A model generated the notes under the pieces. It saw nothing but the letters and a program-made list of their open reading frames with translations, had not been told where the DNA came from and searched no databases. Positions 1-10,500 of a DNA stretch of 14,521 nucleotides are shown in pieces (position 1 is the stretch's first letter; each line of letters begins with the position of its first letter). The DNA is from Elusimicrobiota bacterium. Its GTDB lineage: Bacteria; Elusimicrobiota; Elusimicrobia; F11. The position numbers and the translations under genes are program-made. Location: assembly GCA_046153645.1 (NCBI GenBank), contig JBJXGI010000036.1:1-14521 (forward strand), read 5' to 3'.

Positions 1-2
1 GA

Positions 3-719
3 ATAGAAATAGCAGATGACCTTAATAACCCCGTCTACATTATGAATGTCATTCCCACTGGGGTGGGGGAAAAGGGGCGGAAAAGACAATCTTCTTTTAA
101 GGATGATCTTAAGTTTGCGACAACCTATAATATTCTTCTTGAATTCACAGAAGAGGTAAGCAGCCCCACTTTTAAACTGGGGGATATTGAGGCCATCAAT
201 TTAACTCCGGTGGGGTCGTCAAGAAATAAATGGCAGGGGCAATTGACCACACCGCCTTCTTCATCAAATGTTTCTTGCACTGACAAATGGAAAATGTTTG
301 TGACCGCTTTTGATGATGACAATCATTTTAATTTGCCCGGGCAAAGCGGTTATTCCACGAATGCGCCACTCGACCAAAACCCAGAAACCATTGCAACCCG
401 AATTGGAACTGAACCTTATCCGTGGAATGGTTATGAAACCGATTTAGAATCACAAGCGGAAATACCGCCACCTTGCCCTTGTTCAGCTTTGGGCGACCTT
501 GAAAACCCGGTTGTTTATATCACCGACATCCCCAACCCCTCTTGCTTAGCAAACACCACCCTTAGTGTGTCAGGGCATGTGAGTGATAATTGTATTCTTC
601 AATCTCTCACGATTGATAATGAACCTGTTTCAATGACGCCCAACTTAAGTTCCACCACTTTCACAAAATCAATTGTGCTGCCCGAAGGGCCCAGTCAAAT
701 TGACATGAATATTTTTTAA
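3..719 (+). CDS. 5'-truncated ORF: stalk-less (orphan) paralogue of the N-terminal region of the giant protein; putative alternative N-terminal cassette
   Basis: The frame is open from position 3 (IEIADDLNNPVYI-MNVIP...), so the true start probably lies left of the window rather than at the ATG at 42. It is colinear with giant-protein residues ~327-565: IEIAD/IEIRD, KFATTYNILLEFTEEV/KFEKQYSIKIIFSEPV, WQG/WKG, LPGQ..APLDQNPET/LPGQ..APIDENPKT, WNGYET/WTGYET, EIPPPCPC/EIPKPCTC. It then shares an identical ~61-aa block (TDIPNPSC...GPSQID) and ends MNIF-stop. Confidence 0.85.
   Translation: MEIADDLNNPVYIMNVIPTGVGEKGRKRQSSFKDDLKFATTYNILLEFTEEVSSPTFKLGDIEAINLTPVGSSRNKWQGQLTTPPSSSNVSCTDKWKMFVTAFDDDNHFNLPGQSGYSTNAPLDQNPETIATRIGTEPYPWNGYETDLESQAEIPPPCPCSALGDLENPVVYITDIPNPSCLANTTLSVSGHVSDNCILQSLTIDNEPVSMTPNLSSTTFTKSIVLPEGPSQIDMNIF
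520..706 (+). repeat. 187-bp direct repeat, copy 1
   Basis: tcaccgacatccccaacccc...cccagtcaaattgacat matches 3032..3218 at 186/187 nt. The only difference is G638 vs A3150 (synonymous Thr, ACG/ACA). Confidence 0.97.
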
Positions 720-728
720 GTGAAAAAG

Positions 729-757
729 TTAAGCTCTATGAAAGAAGTCGTTACAAT
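729..757 (+). promoter_or_regulatory. Possible sigma70-like promoter for the 823..1521 gene and downstream operon
   Basis: TTAAGC (729-734), 17-bp spacer, TACAAT (752-757). The -10 matches 5/6 and the -35 only 3/6, in an AT-rich spacer where chance matches are common. Confidence 0.25.
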
Positions 758-809
758 AAATATTTTTTTCTTCAGAGATAAAATATCAAAATAGAAAAAA
801 CAACAAATT

Positions 810-814
810 AAGGA
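810..814 (+). promoter_or_regulatory. Shine-Dalgarno site for the 823 ORF
   Basis: AAGGA at 810-814, 8 nt before the ATG at 823. Confidence 0.6.
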
Positions 815-822
815 AAATATAA

Positions 823-1521
823 ATGAAATTATTTACAAATTTTAACAATAGCGGAAAAGCCGATCTTAAATGGGTCTATTTCTTGATTTCTTTAATTCTT
901 TTTCTTTTCATTTTTTTAGTTATAAGTATCAGATGGGTAACTAAAACAAAAATTTGGTTTATTACAGATCCAATGAAAATAGTTTTTATTGATAGTAATT
1001 CTAATCAACCTATCCCAGGAGTGTTAGTCATGACAACTTGGCAGGCTGCGTTTCCAAATCTTGGTTCAATTGATCACAATATTGATAAAAAAGAATATCT
1101 TTCTGATAAAAATGGATTACTCGGAATTTCAAAAAACAAAAGTTGGCATTTATTTTCATTTTTTACTGATCAAGTAATAGATATTTTTCATCCTTACTAT
1201 CAATCAGAAACACTTTTTTCTTATAAAAATGGAGAAAAAAAAATAATTCCATTTGATTTTCTCGAAAACCGTTTAACTTATTCTTCAGAAACGATAACGG
1301 TCCATTTAATCTCATTGAAAAGTAAATATAAAGGCATCAAATGTAGAGAACAACTAAAAATCACAGATTGCGCAGAGATTAAATTTAAATTGTCTCAAGA
1401 TTATCGTAAAACTGTTAATTATTTTAACCTCTTGCCTCAGCATTTTAACATTGAGAATACACCTTCCATAGATGATTCAATATCATATTGGAATGAACTA
1501 AATGAAAGCATCTACAATTAA
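823..1521 (+). CDS. Membrane-anchored exported protein with a carboxypeptidase-regulatory-like (transthyretin-like beta-sandwich) domain; putative immunity protein
   Basis: 232-aa ORF with an RBS. It has one N-terminal hydrophobic helix (WVYFLISLILFLFIFLVISIRWV) and the pattern IVFIDSNSNQPIPGVLV...SDKNG...IDIFHPYY, which resembles CarboxypepD_reg-like domains. It is very AT-rich and stops 3 nt before the giant gene's ATG. The immunity role is inferred from context only. Confidence 0.75.
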   Translation: MKLFTNFNNSGKADLKWVYFLISLILFLFIFLVISIRWVTKTKIWFITDPMKIVFIDSNSNQPIPGVLVMTTWQAAFPNLGSIDHNIDKKEYLSDKNGLLGISKNKSWHLFSFFTDQVIDIFHPYYQSETLFSYKNGEKKIIPFDFLENRLTYSSETITVHLISLKSKYKGIKCREQLKITDCAEIKFKLSQDYRKTVNYFNLLPQHFNIENTPSIDDSISYWNELNESIYN

Positions 1522-1524
1522 TTC

Positions 1525-1575
1525 ATGAGGAAAATATTTTTTTTAAATATTATTTTTGTCTCTCTCAGTTTTGGG
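1525..1575 (+). other. Sec/SPI signal peptide of the giant protein
   Basis: MRK, hydrophobic core IFFLNIIFVSL, then S-F-G cleavage motif. The predicted mature N-terminus is YDNLKVH. Confidence 0.75.
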
Positions 1576-4500
1576 TATGACAATCTTAAAGTTCATCCCG
1601 GATTGACTTTAAGAAGTTTGGATCTTATTTCTTCTAATAATAATTCGTATGAAGAATTAAAAATATATGAAGAAAAAATAATTCAAGGAACTAGAGATGA
1701 AGATATACCGGATTACAATGTTTTGAATCATTTTTACAACCCCGTTACTGGTAAAGGTTTGACAATTCCAGGCCATTCATTTGACCCTTCGATTGTAAAG
1801 GGGAATATTTTATTGAATGAGGCAATTTTCGATTATCAATTTAATACCAATTTCAATGAAGCATATTACAAACTAGGAAAAGCATTACACTTAATGATTC
1901 AAGATATGGCTCAGCCACAACACCTGCATGATGATGCACATGCTCCAATAAGGCTTCATGGAGACGGCACTAGATATGAAGATTATTCGGAAATAAAATT
2001 CTTAACTGTACCCAGAGCAAATTCATTAACAATATCTCCTCAAAACCTAATTACTCTAAGTAAAATACTATCACAGCACACTTATTATGATTCTATGTTT
2101 CCTGGGACACATGACCAAACCTCGATTTTAATCACTCTTCCAGATAATAAAAAAATCAAGGCATTCTATGTCCCTGAACAAGTGGTTGACTCAACAATAG
2201 TTACACCTTCTCAATGGATTATAAGAGGAAAAAACAGACTACTTAGATACAATCCTAGTAAAACTGGGGACGGATTGGCACTTGGGGAATCCTCGTTTCA
2301 GAATTGGTGGAGAGTTCCAGAGCAAGATTCAGAATTTTATTATTTTGACCTCCAAGAAAATTGGAATGAAGAAATTTCAATTCAGGGCGTTCCGCTTGAA
2401 CTGTATTATATTAATAAGTTTGTTCCATTAGCTGAAGAATATGGTGCAAGTTTTATTAAATTATTCCACGATATTGTCAATTTACCGCCATCTGTTAAAG
2501 ATATTGAAATAAGAGATCGTGAAACAGGATCTTTAATTTATGAGTCGCATATAATCCCCGACATCAATAATGGAAATAAAATTATCAATAAAAGAATTTA
2601 TTATCGGCCAAAATTCGAAAAACAATATTCAATAAAAATCATATTTAGTGAACCTGTCGAGCAAGTGAATTTTTTATTAGGAACCCAAACAGTAACTATT
2701 CAGCAGAATGATGAAAAAGGCGAAGAATGGAAGGGTGTTTTTGAAATTCCTCGAACGCCATCGTCTGGGTCATTTTTTTGTGATGATTCAAATACTCTTC
2801 CTATTTATATTACCGCTAAAGATCTCCACTATCACCAGGTTCTACCCGGCCAAAACAGTTTAACTCTCGGCGCGCCAATTGATGAAAACCCTAAGACCCC
2901 ATCATTAATAAAAGAAGTGAATAATTACTATGAATGGACCGGATATGAAACAACTGGTTTATCTCAGGGCGAAATTCCCAAGCCATGTACTTGTGATTTG
3001 GACGCTGACACTGACGCGCCACTTATTTCTCTCACCGACATCCCCAACCCCTCTTGCTTAGCAAACACCACCCTTAGTGTGTCAGGGCATGTGAGTGATA
3101 ATTGTATTCTTCAATCTCTCACGATTGATAATGAACCTGTTTCAATGACACCCAACTTAAGTTCCACCACTTTCACAAAATCAATTGTGCTGCCCGAAGG
3201 GCCCAGTCAAATTGACATTTGTGCGACCGATATGAGTGGTAATGAACACTGCCAAACCAAACAAGTAACCGTTGACAATCAACCGCCTCAAGTTACTTTG
3301 GTTCAACCCCTTAATGGCGCCACAGAAGTGGCTACAAATGCCTCGGTTAAACTGAGTTATGATGAACCGCTCTCGGAAGGATATATTTCAGGAAGTGCCG
3401 CGGGAAATTCAGTTCGAGGGGCCAATAACATTGAATACACCCACCCCACCTTTGCCATTGATAGAACCTATCACTTTAGCGCCCATTCAGTAAAAGACAC
3501 GTGTGGAAATATTTCACCTGACATGAACTGGAGTTTTACAACACAACCTTTTTTGGCAGAAATTTTGTCTCCTCGTAGAGACGACCCTACCAACAACCAC
3601 TGGGAAAAAAGAGCCGAGCTCCCTGTAAAAGTGAGAGTACAAAACCCGTTAAATATCGCAACCATCACTGTTTGTATGGCCGGTGGTTGTCAAACACAGG
3701 TGGCCCCAGCCAGCGAAAACCAAACATTAACCTTTAATTTTGACTTAACAGGAAAAGAAGATGCCTTTGTTATTACAATGAACGGAAATTATAGAGGGTT
3801 TTCTGCCACTGATAGTTCGACTAAAAAAATTGATAACAAACCACCCACTCTTCTAGCCAACCCTCAAACTTCCATTGAAGTAGATAGCCCTGATATTGAT
3901 ATTTCCCTTTTCGGTTCTGACAGTGCCTCAGGGCTGAAACGATTATCGTATGGGCAAATATCAAATACTTATTCACCAAACCAAAATATTAAAAGTGCCT
4001 CAACGGCTGGGACTCATAAAGGACTTGTGTTTGGAAATAACACATTGACCGCTTTCGTAGAAGATCAGGTGGGAAACATAACAACAGCCAATATTTTGAT
4101 TCGTCGATCCGGCCATGCGAAATGGGAAATGAAAACAATTGAAAACCATTGTGGCGGCCCCGCTCATTGGCAAACCTTGTTAGAAGGAACACCTGGACTC
4201 CAAGTATTAACTGTTTTAACTCGTCCGCGCGGAAGCCCTATTAATCGATTTCAAAAAATAAGCAGTGAGGGAACTTTAATTAACGATTTCAATGCCGCAG
4301 ATGTTGGATCGTATAAACTTTCTGTTCGAGTTAAAGTACCCAACACCGGTGAAGTGGTACTACAAAAAGAAATTAACACAGGAATTGGCGTTTGCCGACC
4401 AGATCCCACATTCATTTCTGAACTTCCTATTTTAGAACCAACGCCTCCTGACAAAAAACCGGAATCATTTTCACCCGGAAGCAGTATCGGTATTCAAGAT

Positions 4501-7500
4501 TCTTATCAAACAACTTATTCGGCTCGTTATAGCAGAACGCAAACGACTATTGATATTTATGACTATCGGGGGCGACTCATAAAAAATTTATTTTCAGCTT
4601 CGCAAAATACCGGTCTTTATTCTCTTGTATGGGATGGAAAAAATCAAACGGGACATTTTGTTGACGAAGGCCTTTACACCATACGAATTCACGAAAGAAA
4701 TTTAGATGTCCCCTCAATCCAAGATGAAGAAAGAATTTTAGTTGAAGTTGATAAAACCGCCCCGTTGGTATCGCTAGAACGTTTAGAAGCGGTAGCAGAA
4801 TCTCCCAAAGTTATTGCTGTTTGGGGTGGAATACGAGAAAACAACCCGCAAAGAATTGAAATAAACCGAATTCATGGAAATCAAATAAATAAAGTTTATT
4901 CAGAATCTCTCCCCATAAATAAAGTATTTATTTCAACCGCACACATTGAAAAATTGGCCAACATTGATACTTCTGGATGGGGAGAAGGAACCTACCAATT
5001 ACAAATAGAGGTTATTGATTTAGCGGGCAACCGAACCATTGGTGGAAATAATTTAACTTATGAGGTTTTCCCTTCAAATCAACCAGTGGTTCACATTGCA
5101 GCGGGTATTTTGGGTCAAAACTTACTGCCTGGTAACAATGAAATCATTCCGGCTGATTCACCTCAAACATTTATTGAAGATGAATTGCCACTCTCGGCCA
5201 CAGCCATTGGTGATTGGAATTGGAGTGCTGTTTCTTATAGTGGCAACAAAGCGCACACAACAACTGGCGCTGGAGCGCATTATTTTATTCACGCCAAACC
5301 AGGTATTTTTATGGGGACGACTGATAACCTCATTCAATATATTTACCGGTCTCAAGAAGTAAAAGAAATTATTCTTCAAGTTTATACCGATCAAGGAAAT
5401 GGCGAACACCGCGTTTATTGGGGAGAAAATCTATATCCATCAGGAGGAACGCCGGGAAGTGTTTCATTGGTTTACGCGGGCGCCCTGCCACCTGCCAACC
5501 GCTGGGTGAGACTTCGAATTCCGGCCGAATCAATTGGTATCCAAAATAAAACAGTAAAAGGAATTTTATTTGCCTCTGAAGGAGGGCAAGTTCTCTGGGA
5601 TAAAACCACAACGTCTAATAACACGATGGATCCCGGGGGTTTGAGCGCAACTCTCGCCCCTTCTTCGCTTGCTGGAGACAGTGCCCAGACAGAGTTGATT
5701 TATCATTTAAATCAACCAACAGCACTTAAAGTGGATGTTGTTGGAACTTCAAGTGATGTCATTAAAACCCTATTGATGGGGAATAGTGACGACCCCGCTT
5801 GTTGCACAGAAGGGGACCATTTAACAAGTTGGGATCAAAAATCAACAACGGGAAATGTAATGCCTGATGGAAATTACGCTTTTCTTATTTCTCCCTTAGA
5901 GGGCGCCATTGACACAGAAATTTTTGCACAAGACCCTTCGTTTGACCCCCTTCAAAATTCTTATCCACAACTTCAAACGCTTCCGGTTCATGATGCCAAT
6001 GGAAATAAATTTTTTATTGATTTCAATCGAATTGTTAAAAAAAACGCATCGGGCCTTATGTTGGCCAATGTGGTGGTATTGACAAGCGGAACCATTCAAT
6101 CTCTTGGGATAAATGAACGGGGCGACATTTTCTTTCAAGATTCTTTTTCTCACATTCATAAATATCAAGCGGGAAGAGTTCCCTTTAACATCAACAACAT
6201 CACTTCTTATATTCGAATTCCTTGGAATAAGGCCATGGTCAAAGCCACTGTTCCCATTGTGGGGGGAGCCGGCGGTCGACAATTTAAAGAGTTTAAAATT
6301 GATGTGGCTCCTGGTTGGCCAGAGGATACAGATAAATGGGGAAATTCATTGTCTTCTTGGACTCTTTTAAATAAAAGTGTTTCTCCCGTGGTTGATCAAT
6401 TTGTTTTGCCTCCGGGCATTAGCACTGTTTATGGAAATTTGGCCAGTTGGGAAACGGGGTTAACGCCGGGAGAAGAATATCCAGAGCAAGACATTTTCCA
6501 CCCGCAATCGGGAGATCTCTACCGGGGCCGCTGGACGGTTCGAAACACAGTGTTCAATGTTCATGGCTCAAGCAAAGTGGCACTGGTCCCGGTGATTGTG
6601 GGAAGAGTCATTAATAATGCCGTGGGTGGTGTGGTTCGCTCAGATGACAATAAAGTCAGTGTCAGTATACCGGCCTTAAGTATGGATCAAGAGTGGACTG
6701 TCATGGGACTTATTCATTTTGAAAATTCAACTCAAGAGCCAGGGTTACCGATTATCCCGTCAAATTTTCGTCAGGTGAGTTCAATTTATGAATTTTTACC
6801 ACCAGCATTTCAATTTAGACGCTCTGTAAAAATGACTTTTGAAATTCCTGAAATAGATTCCCATACCGCTCATGTTGATTTATATGAATATGAACAATCC
6901 ACTCAACATTGGAAACGGCTTGAAACAATTCGAGAATTAAACGGAGATAAACCCGTTCTCACCTTTAAGAGTTTAAATAAATTGTCCGCACCAAGAGCTT
7001 TTTACGCGTTATTAGAAAGAACCGGTGTTCCGCCACCTCCTCTACTATTTGAACCACTCACTCCCACTCAGAACCGATTTATTTCACTTCATGGGAAAGC
7101 CGAACCTTTGGCCCAGGTGTTTGGATATACCACGGAATTTAGCACCAGTCTATTTCCGGTTGAAACAACCGCAAATGAAACGGGAGAATTTTCAACGCCG
7201 CCTTTGTACTTAACGCCGGGCGTGTATTCACTTTCTGTTTCTCAACTCCCAGCTGGCTTTTCTCAAGTTTCGTCGATCCATAGTGAACCGTCCACCCCTG
7301 TTACGATTCAGGTTTTGGCACCACCACCTATTGTTCCAACAAAATTAGAATTTGTTGAAGAAGACGGAAAAACACCGCGATCTTTAAATATCAAACCGAA
7401 TGAAACGGTTTTTATCAAACTGACAGGCTCAGACACAGTGTCTTCTCAGGCGGATATTGTTTACGCAAACATAAAAAGTGAAATTTCTGATATTCAGGGC

Positions 7501-10500
7501 ATTATTATTCCGTTGGTTGAAACAGCCCCCAATAGCGGTATTTATTTGGGTAGTTTTCATATGGGTGATCGTTCAGACGTAGGAGGTTTTCAGCTAAAAG
7601 TGCTTACTCAAGGTGAAAAAATTGAAGCCCGGTTAGAATCCCATGAATCATTCCAAGCAACCGCTTATTTTGATGGGGGAAATAACAATGTGGCTCCTGA
7701 GATTGTTTCACCTTCTCATTCGGCCCTATTTCAACATACTTTTGAAACAGGGAATGAGGGTTGGTCTATTTTTGACCCTAAAAGCGGTTGTTCCATAGCC
7801 ATATCCAGTGATACTGAAACCAGTAACCGTTCTTTGCGTGTGAAACAAGAAAAACCAGGGAATTTCTCCGTTTTAATAACCAACACTCCTTTTGATGTTC
7901 GCCAATTCCCGCTATTTTCTTTTGATGTGAAGATGAATCAACCGGTCCGGTTTAATTTCTTTTTCAAAATAAACAATCATTGGAAGGAACTGGTGTTTAG
8001 CGATACCCGAGAATTACCCAAAGTTTTCCCGCCATCTTTTGACCGATTGGGCAGTTTAGAAGATGAATTTGGAAACGCGCCCATTATTCCTAATAATGAG
8101 TGGAAACAATTTAATATCAACTTATTTAACTTACTATTTAATAATAATTCTAAATTAATAAACGACTCAGACTTTATCATTCAAGAAATTATAATAGGAG
8201 ATTGGGACGCGCGCGACTTGTTTGGTGTTGTTCCAGGAAATACTCAACCAGGTTCTTGGGTTGAGTTTGACAACGTCATCATCAATAATGGTGGGGTTAA
8301 CAATTCAAATCCTGAATTTTCTTGGTCGCTGGAACCTCTTCAATCCGCCTCAGGGTATTCCTTATTATTAGATGAATCAGCGCACGGCATACCAGCTGAA
8401 ACAATTAATACGGAAAACACTCTTGCCCGCTACCTTGACGTTCAACCGGGGTACCATACCTTTCATTTGCGGGCCAGAGACCAAAATGAGCGCTGGGGAC
8501 CAGTTAATCATTTTCGTTTTTTAGTGGACTCCTCGTCGCCCTATATTGATTCAAAAGAGCCAGCCCCGGGGTCGCGTTCTGATTCTCAAATTGTGAAAAT
8601 CTATTGGAAAGACCCTAAGGGAGAAGGTCTTAATCCGGCTTCTGTTTTGTTCTCTATTAATGGAAAACAATACAATAAAAATTCTGGCGCCCTGTTTTAT
8701 GATGAAAAAAATGGATTGTTACAAATTTCATTGGGAGCCATAAAACCTGTTCCACCTATTTTATTAGATGGTCAAAATATTTCTTTTTCAATTGATGATG
8801 CCACCGATTTTGCCGGCAATCACATCACTGAACCCATTCGTTGGAATTGGACCGCGGATTTTTCTCAATTTTCAGGGGGCGACTTTGTGCCTTTAACAGT
8901 CAACGGGGGAAGAGAAGCGTCTTGGTCACCCGAGGGAGAAAAAATCGTTTTTGTATCAGACCGGAATAATCAAACTGACTTATGGGTTATCTCATCAACC
9001 GCCAGTGCCGAATCAGGTCAAATGGCGAACTGGACCCATGACTTGTTGGTGGAGCGTAATCCAAGTTGGTCTCCAAACGGGAAATGGATTGTTTATGAAG
9101 CGGTGAACAACAATCAAACACACCTTTGGATTTTAAATACAGAAACCTTAGAAAAAAGAGAAATAACCACCGGGAATAGCGAAGACACTCATCCCTCGTG
9201 GTCGACTCTGGGTGATCAATTGGTCTTTTCGAGGAAAACAAATGCACTGGCCAATTTATATCGACTTGATATTAATCCAAACACGGGGCAAGTGATGACA
9301 GAGAATCAAATAACTTTTGATACTGTTGGTTATAATTATGAGCCTGTTTTTTCTCAATTTAATAATTCCATTTTGTACAGGCGTTCACTTTACCAAGATA
9401 ATATTTTTTCGATTCATTTAAATGGAACCAATACACGTCCTCTGACAACCGGCAATAAAGAATTTTCTCCAAGAAGCAAAAACAAAGACATCTTTTTTGT
9501 TAGCAAAAGAAATGGCAATCTTCCCACGCTTTGGGTTATGGACGAGCAGGGTCGAAATGCCAAAGTTTTCCTTGAAAATAACAACCTACACGCAGACTAC
9601 GATCCTGTTTGGTCTATTGATGGAAATCGACTGGCCTTTACAAGTTTCAGATCTGGTTCTGCCAATATTTGGACAATGACATTATTAGAAGTGAAAGATT
9701 TTAATGTGACGCCGTCGCGTTTTTCGCCGATAGCTGTTTCTAGTCCGACCTGTGACATTTCATTTCATGTAACCGCCTCTGGTGCCAAAGGAAGGTTGCT
9801 TATATCCGGCTCTCATGGTTTTTCCAAAGAATTGTTAAACACAAGCACTCTTTCATCAGGAACGCATCATTTCATTTGGGATGGGAAAAGCGATTTGGGG
9901 CAATGGGGCGATAGTGGCTTTTATACAGCACAATTAAGAATTGAACCGCTTGGTTCACCTGAACCCATTTTAAAAGAAGTCAACATAACGCTGGACATGG
10001 TTCCACCAGTGTCAAAATTAAGTTCAAGCTCCGGAGAGATTCCATTTGTTTCAACCCAATCACTTTTATCAATTCAAACCACTGATTTGCCCAGCAATCA
10101 CACAGAAAATAAAATAACCGCTTATTATTCGATAAACAACTCTGATTTTCAAAAATTAACTGAACCATTTTCCGTTCCTGCTGGAACGCAAACCCTTCGT
10201 TATTATTCAGTTGATTCGGTGGGAAATAATGAAGTTGTTCAGTTACAAACCCTCTATGTGGATGATGTTCCACCGCTTGTCTTTCTATCACCTGAAGAAC
10301 CCTATTTTGAGGGGGCCACAAATTTGTATATTTCCAGCTTGAGCGCGCTGAACCTAGAGGGCAATGATCAAATTGTCAATGCCCAATCGGTATTATCAGG
10401 ACACCATTTACTTCAGTATCAAATGGATGGAGAAACCCCCGTATTTTCATCACAATCACCGCTTCGAATTCCCATTAACTCCCTTAGATTTATCAGTGGA

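Noticed and set aside
42..44. ATG at 42 as the start of the first ORF
   Set aside because: The frame is open to the window edge, similarity to the giant protein extends to position 3, and there is no SD or signal peptide at 42.
700..728. Perfect -35 hexamer TTGACA (700-705) at the very end of repeat copy 1, suggesting a hybrid promoter for the cassette
   Set aside because: There is no credible -10 at 16-18 bp spacing (GAAAAA/AAAAAG/AAAAGT), and the hexamer is explained by the Ile-Asp codons.
704..781. 25-codon open frame after the repeat (HEYFLSEKVKLYERSRYNKYFFLQR-stop), possibly the 3' remnant of a gene captured with the cassette
   Set aside because: It is too short, has no start codon, and cannot be distinguished from chance without a homology search.
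1235..1544. Homopolymer runs A9 (1235-1243) and T8 (1537-1544, in the signal-peptide codons) as phase-variation switches
   Set aside because: Runs of this length are expected in such AT-rich DNA and both ORFs are intact. Read-level length variation would be needed as evidence.
520..3218. Repeat pair as a diversity-generating retroelement TR/VR, CRISPR array or IS ends
   Set aside because: There is only one synonymous mismatch and only two long direct copies. No reverse transcriptase, cas, transposase or recombinase gene is in the window, and I saw no inverted termini.
8885..9685. Calling the giant gene tolB or flgD
   Set aside because: The PD40 and FlgD-like segments are internal modules of a 4107-aa protein, and there is no tol-pal or flagellar context.
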